This document shows, piece after piece, positions 1 to 9,687 of a stretch of DNA of 64,000 nt (position 1 is its first letter; every line of letters begins with the position of its first letter). This DNA is from Candidatus Woesearchaeota archaeon. Lineage in GTDB: Archaea > Nanobdellota > Nanobdellia > Pacearchaeales > GW2011-AR1. The notes below the pieces were generated by a model. It had not been told where the DNA came from. It searched no databases and saw only the letters and a list, made by a program, of their open reading frames with translations. The position numbers and the translations under genes were made by a program. The DNA lies in the NCBI GenBank assembly GCA_964385425.1, contig CAYLOQ010000001.1:161420-225419 (forward strand), read 5' to 3'.

Positions 1-199
1 TCCTCCTAAATCTCGCTATGAAATCTTGTTGAGAATAAGAAAAAGCATGACCGATGTGCATATCCCCCGAAACAGTGGGCGGCGGTGTGTCAATACTATA
101 GACTTTTCCCTTTTTCTTACTATCAAACTTATAAATTTTTTCTTTTTCCCAGAACCTTCTCCACTTATCTTCTACCTCTTTGGCATTATAATGTTTCAT
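1..199 (-). CDS. valS: Valine--tRNA ligase, N-terminal part (runs off the window edge; alternative start 208)
   Basis: Manual translation MKHYNAKEVEDKWRRFWEKEKIYKF...YSIDTPPPTVSGDMHIGHAFSY contains the class I HIGH motif in the ValRS context; not in the ORF track. Confidence 0.9.
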   Translation of the reverse strand, partial: MKHYNAKEVEDKWRRFWEKEKIYKFDSKKKGKVYSIDTPPPTVSGDMHIGHAFSYSQQDFIARFRR

Positions 200-279
200 A
201 AAAATCATAAATAAGACATGTTTTTAAAATTGTTCTTTCAATCCACAATATTTTTATACCCACATCCCCATAAAAAAAT

Positions 280-435
280 ATGGCAGATAATAAAATACAA
301 TTGCCCGGTGGATTCGGCGGGTTAATGAGATTCGAGGAAGAGTATTCCAGTAAGATTAATTTAAAACCAACACACGTAATCGCATTTGTAATTCTAATAA
401 TAGCTTTTAGGGTTTTCTTAGGGGTGTTCTTTTAA
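280..435 (+). CDS. secG: Preprotein translocase subunit SecG/Sec61beta (51 aa)
   Basis: Manual translation MADNKIQLPGGFGGLMRFEEEYSSKINLKPTHVIAFVILIIAF...; GGLMRF motif plus one C-terminal TM helix. Confidence 0.85.
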   Translation: MADNKIQLPGGFGGLMRFEEEYSSKINLKPTHVIAFVILIIAFRVFLGVFF

Positions 436-436
436 G

Positions 437-769
437 ATGTTTAATATAAACCCAAAAAAAATGCAGAGTGTCATGAAACAGATGGGAATGTCGCAAGAGG
501 AAATCTCTGCTTCTCGTGTAATAATTGAAAAACCAGACGATACAAAAATAGTTATTGAAAATCCTTCTGTATCTCGAATTGTAATGCAAGGGCAAGAAAG
601 TTTCCAGATTTCAGGAGAAGTAAAGGAAGACTCCGAAGAAGTGGGAATTTCTGAAGAAGATATTAAAACAGTTATGGAAAAAACAGGCTCCAGTGAAGAA
701 CAGGCAAAAAAAGTTCTTGAAAGTACGGACGGGGATTTGGCAGAGGCCATTTTAAAGCTTAGTGAATAA
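437..769 (+). CDS. nac: Nascent polypeptide-associated complex protein
   Basis: NPKKMQSVMKQMGM N-terminus, NAC domain, C-terminal UBA-like GDLAEAILKL. Confidence 0.92.
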   Translation: MFNINPKKMQSVMKQMGMSQEEISASRVIIEKPDDTKIVIENPSVSRIVMQGQESFQISGEVKEDSEEVGISEEDIKTVMEKTGSSEEQAKKVLESTDGDLAEAILKLSE

Positions 770-822
770 AACCCATATCTTACCACCAACAATTATATTA
801 ATTCTATAGCCTTGTAAGAAAT

Positions 823-1293
823 ATGGAAAAGTTCCTTGAAAACATTGAGGAAGCTGAAAAGATCATAAAGACAGCTGACCATATGGTTTATGTTACTTTC
901 CCACTAATAAAAGATAAAAGACTCTTATTAAAAATCCTCCAAGAGATAAAAATAGCAGTTACCCGCAGTATTAATTCCATATTACAATACGAATATCTTT
1001 ACAAAAGAATAACTTTGTATAAAAGTTCTAAAGCAAACTTCAAAATTTTCGTAGAGAAATGTGCTTCGAGGTATAAAATAGATCAAAAGGAAATAAAACT
1101 TATTTTAGAACTTTTTGATTTGGCAGAAAAACATAAAGAGAGTCCTTTCGAATTTGTAAAAGAAGGGAAGGTTGTGATTCTTTCAGAAAATTTAAAACCT
1201 GAAATTCTAACTGTTGAGAAAACGAAAGAATTTTTAATTCTTGCAAAAAATATTTTAAAGAAAACCAAAGAAAATTTTAAGGAGAATTTCTAA
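823..1293 (+). CDS. Conserved hypothetical protein (helical, ADHxxYV motif)
   Basis: 156-aa ORF on the coding strand with typical composition; shares a motif with the next ORF. Confidence 0.7.
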   Translation: MEKFLENIEEAEKIIKTADHMVYVTFPLIKDKRLLLKILQEIKIAVTRSINSILQYEYLYKRITLYKSSKANFKIFVEKCASRYKIDQKEIKLILELFDLAEKHKESPFEFVKEGKVVILSENLKPEILTVEKTKEFLILAKNILKKTKENFKENF

Positions 1294-1352
1294 GAAAAGT
1301 ATAAAAAGCCCATAATCCTAATAAGGTATACTTCTAGTAGAAGAAATTATAT

Positions 1353-1793
1353 ATGGAAGAGATAATTCAGGAAAAAATAAGTGCTGATCACCTACTATAT
1401 GTTAGTCTCAAGTATACAAAAACTTGTGATGTAATAATAAATCTTCTTTTGAGATGGGAAAAAATGATTGAGACCAGCATTAACGAGATCCTAAAACATG
1501 CAAAGAAAAAGAAGAAAATCTCCTTAGTCTCCTCGAATCCTATAGGAAAAATGGAACAAGTAAGAAAGTTATTCAAAAAAGACAAAAATTTCTTAGAAGT
1601 CATTGTTATGTATGAAATGTTCAGGAAAATAAATGAATTAAGGTATGAAAGGATTGGAGAATTTAGAAAAAATGTTACCTTAAAAGTATTTTATAAAGGG
1701 GGAGAAATAAATATAAATCTTGAACAGTTAAAAAATTACGCCGAAAAGTTGGAAAAGTTTATAAGTACTACAAAACAATTTCTTCTATCGTAA
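1353..1793 (+). CDS. Conserved hypothetical protein (helical, ADHxxYV motif)
   Basis: 146-aa ORF; SADHLLYVSLKYTKT. Confidence 0.7.
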   Translation: MEEIIQEKISADHLLYVSLKYTKTCDVIINLLLRWEKMIETSINEILKHAKKKKKISLVSSNPIGKMEQVRKLFKKDKNFLEVIVMYEMFRKINELRYERIGEFRKNVTLKVFYKGGEININLEQLKNYAEKLEKFISTTKQFLLS

Positions 1794-1822
1794 GAGAAGA
1801 TTAAAACTTCTTAAAATAAAAT

Positions 1823-2608
1823 TTGGATAAAATGAAAAAAGTCATTGTTATCACATCTGGGAAAGGGGGTGTAGGGAAAACCACAACAGCCATAAATCTG
1901 GCTTCAGCCATGAATAATTTTGGAGAAGATGTTCTGGTAATCGACGGGAATTTGTCTACTCCTAATGTGGGTATCCATTTAAATTCTCCAGAAGTCCCGA
2001 TAAACCTGAACCACGTACTAAAAGGAGAGGCAGATGTATTTGAAGCCGTTTACAGACATGAATCTGGAATAAAAATAATTCCTTCGTCCTTATCTGTCAA
2101 GGAATTAAAAAAAACAAGGCCTGAAAAAATGAAAAAATTCAAGAAAGATTTTAAAAAAATGGCAAATTATATTATCGTTGACAGTTCTGCGGGGTTGGGC
2201 AATGAAACAACTTCTGCTATGGAGTTAGCTGACGAATTAATCATAGTGACAAATCCTGAAATGCCTGCGCTCACAGATGCCTTGAAAACCATAAAGCTAG
2301 CAGAAGAACTTGGAAAATTGGTCTTAGGTGTTATTGTGACAAGAGTTAAAAAAAATGATTTTGAAATGCAGCCGGAAATAGTCAAAGAAATGTTAGAAAT
2401 CCCGATCCTTGGTATGGTCCCTGAAGATATAGCTGTTCAGAAATCAATAAGCCAAAAAGATGCAGTAGTTCATGTATATCCAAAAAGCAATGCAGCAAGG
2501 GCGTACAAAGAGATAGCTGCAAAAATGCTTAACGTAAAATATGACTCCAAAAAAGATCGTGAAAAAATGATTATAAGGATTCTACAAAAACTTGGTTTGA
2601 AAAAGTAA
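1823..2608 (+). CDS. minD: MinD/ParA-family ATPase (probable ATG start at 1832)
   Basis: Deviant Walker A SGKGGVGKTT; DGNLSTPNVG; typical archaeal MinD layout. Confidence 0.9.
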   Translation: MDKMKKVIVITSGKGGVGKTTTAINLASAMNNFGEDVLVIDGNLSTPNVGIHLNSPEVPINLNHVLKGEADVFEAVYRHESGIKIIPSSLSVKELKKTRPEKMKKFKKDFKKMANYIIVDSSAGLGNETTSAMELADELIIVTNPEMPALTDALKTIKLAEELGKLVLGVIVTRVKKNDFEMQPEIVKEMLEIPILGMVPEDIAVQKSISQKDAVVHVYPKSNAARAYKEIAAKMLNVKYDSKKDREKMIIRILQKLGLKK

Positions 2609-2748
2609 GTCAATTTCATTCACTTATTATTGCCTCACTAACGTTCGTAATTTTTTAAGTTATTAATGTAAATTCTTATTTATTAAAAGTCAAAAGTTGG
2701 GGGGTTGGTGGCGGATAGATTTAAAAACAATTTTAAACAAATCCAAAC

Positions 2749-3099
2749 ATGGAGAATATAAAATTTTCTGGCTGGCAAAAACTTGATTTAAGAACGGGAA
2801 AAATTCTTTCTGTAGAAAACGTTGAAGGGGCTGACAAGCTTTACAAAATTCTTGTGGATCTTGGAAAAGAAGAAGGCAAAAGAACTCTAGCAGCAGGACT
2901 AAAGCCATACTACAAAAAAGAAGAGCTTATAGGAAAAAGCTGCATTGTCTTCACAAACCTTGAGCCAAAAACTCTAAGAGGAATCGAAAGTCAAGGGATG
3001 ATTCTAGCTGCAGTCAGCGACCATGAAAATGGCTCAGAAAGCAAGGTAAGACTTTTACAGCCAGATGAAGATATAGAATTGGGAAGTAGAGTTAGATAA
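2749..3099 (+). CDS. tRNA-binding OB-fold protein (MetRS C-terminal/Trbp111/CsaA-like)
   Basis: LDLRTGKILSVE..GADKLY..VDLG; NLEPKTLRGIESQGMILAA. Confidence 0.88.
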   Translation: MENIKFSGWQKLDLRTGKILSVENVEGADKLYKILVDLGKEEGKRTLAAGLKPYYKKEELIGKSCIVFTNLEPKTLRGIESQGMILAAVSDHENGSESKVRLLQPDEDIELGSRVR

Positions 3100-3233
3100 G
3101 ACCTGAATTAATTTGAGAATTTAATAAATTTTACAATTCGTTCTAAATTTTAGCCAGGTAATTAATTTATCCTTTTCAGAATATTTTTTCAGATAACAGA
3201 AAAGTTTATAAATAATACGTATTTAATACGTAT

Positions 3234-4031
3234 ATGAAAAATGTGAAATTTATACACAAAGTTTCGAGAGGAAGTAAGTTTAACCAGATTTATATTCCAT
3301 ATAAGAACGGAAAGGAATTTGAACCGGGAGACCTGGTTGAAATAAGGTTATTAAAAAAGAATGTTAAAGTTTATTATTCCAAAAATTTGGCAAAGCTAAC
3401 AGGGTTCAAAGAAAAATTAATAGAAGACATTTTTAACTTTTTAATGAAGTATAAAGAAATAAAACAAATTTTTATATTTGGCTCCTTTTTGACAAAGAAA
3501 ATCGATTACAAAGACATAGATATTTTAATTTTAACCTCAGGAAAAAAGGGTTTTGATAAAATAGTTTATGATGATTTAATAAATACGTTTAATCTGAAGT
3601 TTCACCTTATTTCTTTTAACGAACAAAGGTTGAAAGAACTCTTGAAAATGTGTCCTTTAACAAAAAGCATGTTTTACTATTATGTTTCAAATAAAGAATT
3701 CAAAATTCCAAAAGAAACAAAGATTAATGAGGGACATATTAGGTTTCTGTTAATGATGCCTGAAGATTTATTGGAAGTTAATTTGGATTATGGGATTGAA
3801 TATTATGGTGCATTAAGGAAACTTTATGTCATAGAAAATTTCTTAATTGGAAAAGAAATCCCCCCTGATAAGATTGATGTCCAACTTAAAAATTTTATTG
3901 GTAAAAGAAAATTAGATTTATTAAAAAGAAATGATATTTTGGAGGAGGGTATTTTAAAAGAAGTGAAAAATATAATTAGAAATAAACTTGAAAAGATATA
4001 CAGGAGGATGAATTATGGGAAAAAGAGGTGA
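3234..4031 (+). CDS. Nucleotidyltransferase-domain protein with AbrB-like N-terminus
   Basis: IFIFGSFL...DIDILIL (GS/DxD polymerase-beta motif); N-terminal QIYIP...FEPGDLVEI swapped-hairpin-like segment. Confidence 0.7.
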   Translation: MKNVKFIHKVSRGSKFNQIYIPYKNGKEFEPGDLVEIRLLKKNVKVYYSKNLAKLTGFKEKLIEDIFNFLMKYKEIKQIFIFGSFLTKKIDYKDIDILILTSGKKGFDKIVYDDLINTFNLKFHLISFNEQRLKELLKMCPLTKSMFYYYVSNKEFKIPKETKINEGHIRFLLMMPEDLLEVNLDYGIEYYGALRKLYVIENFLIGKEIPPDKIDVQLKNFIGKRKLDLLKRNDILEEGILKEVKNIIRNKLEKIYRRMNYGKKR

Positions 4032-4329
4032 TATTAATGAATTAGTAACCCTGCTCTCACTCGCTTTAACTCATAGAATAGGAGGCTTTGTTAATCCTGA
4101 TGATATTTATAGTGAGAAATACCTGAAAGAATCAGATGCGTTTTTAAAAAAAGCTACAAAAATCTCTTTAAGGCAAAATTGGAGTAAATATGACAAAGCA
4201 AAAATCAGAGAGTTTTTAAAAAAGAAATTAAGGGAGGGATTGGAAAGAAGAGATTTTTTAGAAGATAAAAAATTTAAAATAATGGATAAAGAAATAAACA
4301 ATATTCTCAGGTTACTGGACTTGGATTAA
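4015..4329 (+). CDS. Hypothetical helical protein overlapping the NTase gene
   Basis: 104-aa ORF with a 17-nt overlap of the upstream gene. Confidence 0.6.
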   Translation: MGKRGDINELVTLLSLALTHRIGGFVNPDDIYSEKYLKESDAFLKKATKISLRQNWSKYDKAKIREFLKKKLREGLERRDFLEDKKFKIMDKEINNILRLLDLD

Positions 4330-4413
4330 AATTTTATTTTTTCCACAACCAGATGATGAAATCGAAACAGGAAGGGGAGTTAGTTAGGTAATTCTAAAAA
4401 GAAACATAGTAGT

Positions 4414-5223
4414 TCACTCTGGACCACCACTTTGTGTTGTTGCTGAAACGGTACTGGAAAGCCCAGAACAACCAACCCCATTACAAGCCCTAATTCTATA
4501 TGTATATCTGGTGCCGGGATCTAAACCCGCATTCACATAAATTATAACATTAGCACCTAAGGTAGCTATACGAGTTCTCAAAGAACCCTCCGGTGCCATC
4601 CAAACCTCATACGAATCTTCATTAGAGTTATCATTCCAAGTAACCAGTATAGATTGCGATGAAAGAGCGGATGCTGATACCCCTGAAGGAGTTGAAGGGG
4701 CGTTTGATGACTCTATAACCAATTCGCCAGTAATACGAACTACATCTGCAACGATGGTTAATCTACCATCTGCATCATTAATAATCCTAACATTATAATC
4801 AGTCAGTAGGGAACCACCATAATGAAAATCAATAAAAGGTGTTCCGGGGCTACGAGGATTAACAACACCATTTGGTGCCCCAAGCTCAATAGTTCCCCCA
4901 TGGCCTGTATTTAATTGGCTTTGAGGACTTGGTCCCCAAGTCAATCCACTAGGAAAACTACTTCCCCCACCACTAGGCCAGGATCCTCTACAATCAGCGC
5001 CAACACAAACCTGAGAACATGTTCCAGAAACATCACATCGTGTATCATCGTCTCCATCTGACAAACCAGAAGGCACGTCTCCCAGCTCACTCCAGGTATG
5101 TCCTGGATTAGGAGCCACAGCATACACTCCAACAGCCAACGCAAATATACCGATGATTAATGCAAAAGTATAGAGCCATCGATTAGTAAAATTTATATGA
5201 ATGCTCACCATCTTTATTATCAA
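4414..5223 (-). CDS. Secreted/anchored surface protein with C-terminal fibronectin type III domain
   Basis: N-terminal hydrophobic helix; Fn3 signature APSTPSGVSASALSSQSILVTWNDNS..E..Y...GLDPGTRYTYRIRACN. Confidence 0.8.
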   Translation of the reverse strand: MIIKMVSIHINFTNRWLYTFALIIGIFALAVGVYAVAPNPGHTWSELGDVPSGLSDGDDDTRCDVSGTCSQVCVGADCRGSWPSGGGSSFPSGLTWGPSPQSQLNTGHGGTIELGAPNGVVNPRSPGTPFIDFHYGGSLLTDYNVRIINDADGRLTIVADVVRITGELVIESSNAPSTPSGVSASALSSQSILVTWNDNSNEDSYEVWMAPEGSLRTRIATLGANVIIYVNAGLDPGTRYTYRIRACNGVGCSGLSSTVSATTQSGGPE

Positions 5224-5255
5224 TTAATAGGATTCTCTATTTAAATATATTCTGG

Positions 5256-6707
5256 TTATTTCTTCTCGAATAATATCTCGGATTTCTTTATTCTCTTAAC
5301 CACGATTGGTTTCTTGATATTTTCAAATTTTATCTCAAAACCAAGATTTTTAGCGATTTTCTCACTTGTCTCTGGAATAAATGGCCAGAGTAAAATTGCA
5401 ATAGCTTTTATGCTATCAAGAAGTTCATAAAGAATTTTCTTATCTTTGGTCTCCCATGGTTTTCTGCTTTGAACATATTCGTTACAGATATCAATAAAAG
5501 CAAATATCTCATTTAATGCCTTATCAAATTCATATTTTTCAAGATGTGTTTCTATTTTTTTCAGATTGAGTTTTTTCAGTAATTGGTTTTCTGTTTTTTC
5601 TATCCCAATCTTTTCCGCCAGTCCTGTAACCCTACTAACGAGATTTCCAAGCTTATTGGCAAGCTCGTTGTTGTATCTAGCTATTAACACTTTTTCAGAA
5701 AAATCTCCATCTTCTCCGAAAACAAAGTTTCTGCATATGAAATATCTTATACCATCGGTTCCATACTTCTTATATAAATAACTTGGAGAAATAACATTTC
5801 CTAAACTTTTACTTATTTTCTGACCATTTACTGTTAAAAATCCGTGAACGATTATTTCTTTTGGAAGGGGTAATCCAGCACTTAATAACATTCCAGGCCA
5901 AATCCCTGCATGGAATCTCAACATATCCTTACCAACAACATGTATATCAGCCGGCCAATATTTTTTATATTTCTTATCTGGAAATCCGATCCCAGTCAAA
6001 TAGTTACTCAATGCATCCGGCCATACGTACATTGTTTGATTTTCGTCTCCTGGAACCGGAATACCCCAAGGAAGACGATTCTTATCACGAGAAAAACTTA
6101 CATCTGTCAAACCATCTTTAATCAAACTTAAAAAATCATTTTTCCATGTTGTTGGGGTAATCTTTAATTTGTCTTCCCTTATTAGCTTCTTAATTTTATT
6201 AGAATATCTAGATAATTTAAAAAAATAATTCTCCTCAGAGATTTTTTCAATTTTTAAATTTTGGTGATTAGGACATTTTTCATCAACTAATTCTTTTTTG
6301 GTTATGAATCTCTCACAACCAGAACAATAATAACCAGCATATTTTTTCTTATAGATATCACCTTTCTCCGACAAAGATTTCCAAATATTAATAACACCCG
6401 GCCAATGAATTTTTTTATCTGTTGTTCTTATGAAATAATTGTTGGATAGATTTAATATTTTTTTTAATTCTCTAAATTTCTCCGAATTTTCATCAACGAA
6501 TCTCTTTGTGGAAACCCCTTCTTTTTTTGCTGTTTGATAATTCTTAACCCCATGCTCATCCGTCCCTGTCAAGAAAAAAACATCTTTTCCTCTTAAGGAA
6601 TTCCATCTAGCTAAAACGTCTGCTTGCACGATCTCCAATGCAAATCCAATATGTGGAGGGGCATTTGCATATGGTATTGTTGTTGTTACATAAAATTTCT
6701 TTGCCAT
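5256..6707 (-). CDS. metG: Methionine--tRNA ligase, short form without C-terminal tRNA-binding domain
   Basis: YVTTTIPYANAPPHIG, TGTDEHG, one Zn knuckle, YVWPDAL, KISKSLGN. Confidence 0.95.
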   Translation of the reverse strand: MAKKFYVTTTIPYANAPPHIGFALEIVQADVLARWNSLRGKDVFFLTGTDEHGVKNYQTAKKEGVSTKRFVDENSEKFRELKKILNLSNNYFIRTTDKKIHWPGVINIWKSLSEKGDIYKKKYAGYYCSGCERFITKKELVDEKCPNHQNLKIEKISEENYFFKLSRYSNKIKKLIREDKLKITPTTWKNDFLSLIKDGLTDVSFSRDKNRLPWGIPVPGDENQTMYVWPDALSNYLTGIGFPDKKYKKYWPADIHVVGKDMLRFHAGIWPGMLLSAGLPLPKEIIVHGFLTVNGQKISKSLGNVISPSYLYKKYGTDGIRYFICRNFVFGEDGDFSEKVLIARYNNELANKLGNLVSRVTGLAEKIGIEKTENQLLKKLNLKKIETHLEKYEFDKALNEIFAFIDICNEYVQSRKPWETKDKKILYELLDSIKAIAILLWPFIPETSEKIAKNLGFEIKFENIKKPIVVKRIKKSEILFEKK

Positions 6708-6737
6708 AATTTTTCAAGAAGAAATATCTATAAAAAG

Positions 6738-7094
6738 TTAACCCATCCAACCCATTCTCCTGAGATAAGGAAATAAAAATTCCTGGCTTCTATCAATGAG
6801 GTCTCTGTCCCACCTAAACTCTCTCAAATTATTATAGATCCTTTCAGGTTCATCTATAAGTCCAACATCACTAGAAAAAGAAAACACAATACAACGTAGC
6901 CCCCCTGCACGCGGTATGGTCCAATCACAAATATCAATAACATCAGCTGTAGGAGATAAATATTCTAAAAATCTCTCCTTAATCCTCCTTACTTCTCTAG
7001 AATCATTTATTATGGCAATAGTATATCTGTGCCTAAGTCTAATCTGCTCTCCAGTATCCGTAACTCTGTTCCATCTCACTTCGCGCCTTACCAT
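6738..7094 (-). CDS. Hypothetical protein
   Basis: 118-aa ORF with a TATA-like upstream region; no motif recognised. Confidence 0.55.
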   Translation of the reverse strand: MVRREVRWNRVTDTGEQIRLRHRYTIAIINDSREVRRIKERFLEYLSPTADVIDICDWTIPRAGGLRCIVFSFSSDVGLIDEPERIYNNLREFRWDRDLIDRSQEFLFPYLRRMGWMG

Positions 7095-7128
7095 CTAATT
7101 TTAAAATGCAAAAGAGTATATAATAATT

Positions 7129-8517
7129 GTGAAAATAAAAAAGATGGTGGAAAGAAAGGGTTCCTTAAAAGAATTGAAGCACGGGGCAAGAAGAGTTAGC
7201 ATAAAAGAAGGTATATTTTCTGCAACAAGAACCTCTCTCGGGAATAATTATTTATCTCCATTCGCAATAGCAATTAATGCCAGTAATTCTCTTGTGGCCT
7301 TGTTGGGTTCTATATCTGGACTTCTTGGTCCTTTAAGCCAAACATTTGGTTCAAAACTTATTGGAAAATATTCCAGAAAAAAAATAGTTCTAAGATCTAT
7401 TATTGTAGAAGCGTCAATTTGGCTCCCAATTATTGCAATAGCATTTTTATTTTATAAGGGAATCTTGGTAAATAGCCTCCCATTCCTGTTTCTTCTTTTC
7501 TTTTCAATTTATGTAATTGTTCTGAATATACATGCTCCGGCCTGGTTTTCATGGATGGGAGACATAGTAGACAAAAGGTTTAGGGGGAGGTGGTTTGCAA
7601 AAAGAACATTAATCACAGGTTTTATTGCTGTCATTGTAACAATCCTCGCTTCTATTTTCTTAGATTACTTTGGAAGAAAAGGCTGGCTTATGTTTGGTTT
7701 TATGATATTATTTTCTCTGGCAGCAATATCCAGATTAGAATCATGGAGAAGTTTCAGGAAACAATACGAACCAAAAATGAAATTGAAAAAAAGTACGTAC
7801 TTTTCATTTTGGGATTTCTTAAGAAATTCCCCAAAAAACAACTTTGGGAGATTCTCTATATATATCAGCCTTTTATCCTTTACCGTTTATATCTCTGTTC
7901 CACTCTTGGTAGTATATCTATTGAGAACTCTAGGATTCAGTTATACTCTCTATGTTATCATAGTCTTTGCAGGAACATCTTTAGCAGGATTCACAATAGA
8001 CTTATGGGGGAGATTTTCTGATAAATTTGGAAATTATAAAATTATAGTTATCACTTCAATCTTGATACCGACAATTCCCATTTTATGGGTTTTGCATCCT
8101 TCTCCAATTTATCTTATATTGATACCCTCTGTAGTAAGGGGAATTTCTTGGACAGGATTAAATCTAGCTGTCAGGAACCTCATATATGATAATGTAAGCC
8201 CTCCAAAAAGAGGCCTTGCTGTCTCTTATTTTACAATGCTGCAGGGTATTGGAATCTTTGTAGGTGCTGGATTAGGAGCAATTCTCATCAAGGTAGTTAC
8301 TACAACGATTATAGAACCTATTGTGATAATCTTCCTAATAAGTGGAATACTTGGCATGTTCGTAGTGTTTTTCGGACTTCTAAAAATAAAAGAGGTTAGA
8401 AAAACAGAGAAATTTAGTAGAAAAGAGATGAAAAATCTAATTTTCAAAGAAGGTAAAAGCAGTTTGGTCGAAGAATTCCATGAAATAATGTCAATAAAAA
8501 GCTACTTAAAGGAATAA
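7129..8517 (+). CDS. MFS transporter
   Basis: About 12 TM segments; motif-A-like WGRFSDKFGNYK. Confidence 0.85.
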   Translation: MKIKKMVERKGSLKELKHGARRVSIKEGIFSATRTSLGNNYLSPFAIAINASNSLVALLGSISGLLGPLSQTFGSKLIGKYSRKKIVLRSIIVEASIWLPIIAIAFLFYKGILVNSLPFLFLLFFSIYVIVLNIHAPAWFSWMGDIVDKRFRGRWFAKRTLITGFIAVIVTILASIFLDYFGRKGWLMFGFMILFSLAAISRLESWRSFRKQYEPKMKLKKSTYFSFWDFLRNSPKNNFGRFSIYISLLSFTVYISVPLLVVYLLRTLGFSYTLYVIIVFAGTSLAGFTIDLWGRFSDKFGNYKIIVITSILIPTIPILWVLHPSPIYLILIPSVVRGISWTGLNLAVRNLIYDNVSPPKRGLAVSYFTMLQGIGIFVGAGLGAILIKVVTTTIIEPIVIIFLISGILGMFVVFFGLLKIKEVRKTEKFSRKEMKNLIFKEGKSSLVEEFHEIMSIKSYLKE

Positions 8518-8556
8518 GTCAGAAAACTATTTAAACAAAAATAAACATATATTCTA

Positions 8557-9237
8557 ATGTTTAAAAGAAAAATCTGTAAAAATTGCGGAGAGAAGACGAA
8601 TGAAAAGCATAACTTCTGTCCTTACTGTAGGGCCCCACTAAATGAGCCTCTCGATGAAGATTGGGGAATGTTAGGAAAAAATGATTTCATATCTCCTCCA
8701 GAAGAGATAAGACTTCCAATGGGATTAAGTACTCTTTTCAATTCGGTAATGAAAAATCTAAATAAACAATTTACAGAATTAGACAGAAAAACCCAAGAAG
8801 AAAAATCTAGATCAAACACCAAGAAGGGAGGGATAAGTATTAGCATCTCTACTTCCGGAAGTCTTCCCCCAGAAATAAGGGTAAAATCTTTCGGAGATGT
8901 TCATGAATTCCAGGAGAAAGAGAAAAAAATAAATAAAAAAATTAATGGTCTAAGGGTGGGCGACCTTCAAAAAAAATTTAAAAAATCCTCAGGACTTCCA
9001 AAAAAAGAACCAGAGACAAATATCAGAAGATTCTCAAACAAAGTTATATATGAGATAAAAATGCCTGGAGTGAAATCAATGAAAGACATCTCCATAGCAC
9101 AACTAGAAAACAGTATTGAAATAAAAGCCTTGGCAAAAGATAAAGTTTATTCCAAATTAATCCCCATCAGTCTTCCAATACGAAAATACAATCTAGAGAA
9201 AGGAAAATTAGTTCTTGAATTAGAAGCTAAAGATTAA
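8557..9237 (+). CDS. Zinc-ribbon plus HSP20/alpha-crystallin-like domain protein
   Basis: CKNCG...FCPYC; C-terminal YEIKMPGVK..I.I...LEIKA....YSKLIP...LEKGKLVLEL. Confidence 0.7.
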   Translation: MFKRKICKNCGEKTNEKHNFCPYCRAPLNEPLDEDWGMLGKNDFISPPEEIRLPMGLSTLFNSVMKNLNKQFTELDRKTQEEKSRSNTKKGGISISISTSGSLPPEIRVKSFGDVHEFQEKEKKINKKINGLRVGDLQKKFKKSSGLPKKEPETNIRRFSNKVIYEIKMPGVKSMKDISIAQLENSIEIKALAKDKVYSKLIPISLPIRKYNLEKGKLVLELEAKD

Positions 9238-9287
9238 TAAAACTAGAGTATAAAAAAGCTTATAAACCATCCTACTAAAGAGAGGGC

Positions 9288-9686
9288 ATGGTTATGGATG
9301 GATTAGAAAGAACTGGAAGAACTATCTTAGATAAACTTCATGGAAAAGGTTGGGAAGTATATGAATCTGACGAAGGAAAAAGAGAGCTTTTTGATGCTTC
9401 TATTAGAAGAGGACCTGTCACAGAACTCAAAGAAGGGGTAAGGTACACTATAATGCCTAAAACAGATAGTCCTACAGACCCGGATGTTGTTTATAACGCA
9501 TTAGATCAATTAGCTATTGAACGTAGAGGACTTAGACCCACAATAGTTCTCTCTGGTGTTACACTCCCTTGGACCGGATTTAGTGCTAAACCTGAATATA
9601 TAGAGGTAGAAGGTGATCATCTTAAGATCATCCATTACGAGGATTTTATAACAGCCTTAAATAGTATTGTCGACGCCAAGGATTAA
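9288..9686 (+). CDS. Hypothetical protein
   Basis: 132-aa ORF with upstream GAGAGGG RBS-like sequence. Confidence 0.6.
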   Translation: MVMDGLERTGRTILDKLHGKGWEVYESDEGKRELFDASIRRGPVTELKEGVRYTIMPKTDSPTDPDVVYNALDQLAIERRGLRPTIVLSGVTLPWTGFSAKPEYIEVEGDHLKIIHYEDFITALNSIVDAKD

Positions 9687-9687
9687 A

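Noticed and set aside
26-214. Plus-strand 62-aa ORF in the track
   Set aside because: It is antisense to the valS N-terminus, which carries a clear HIGH motif
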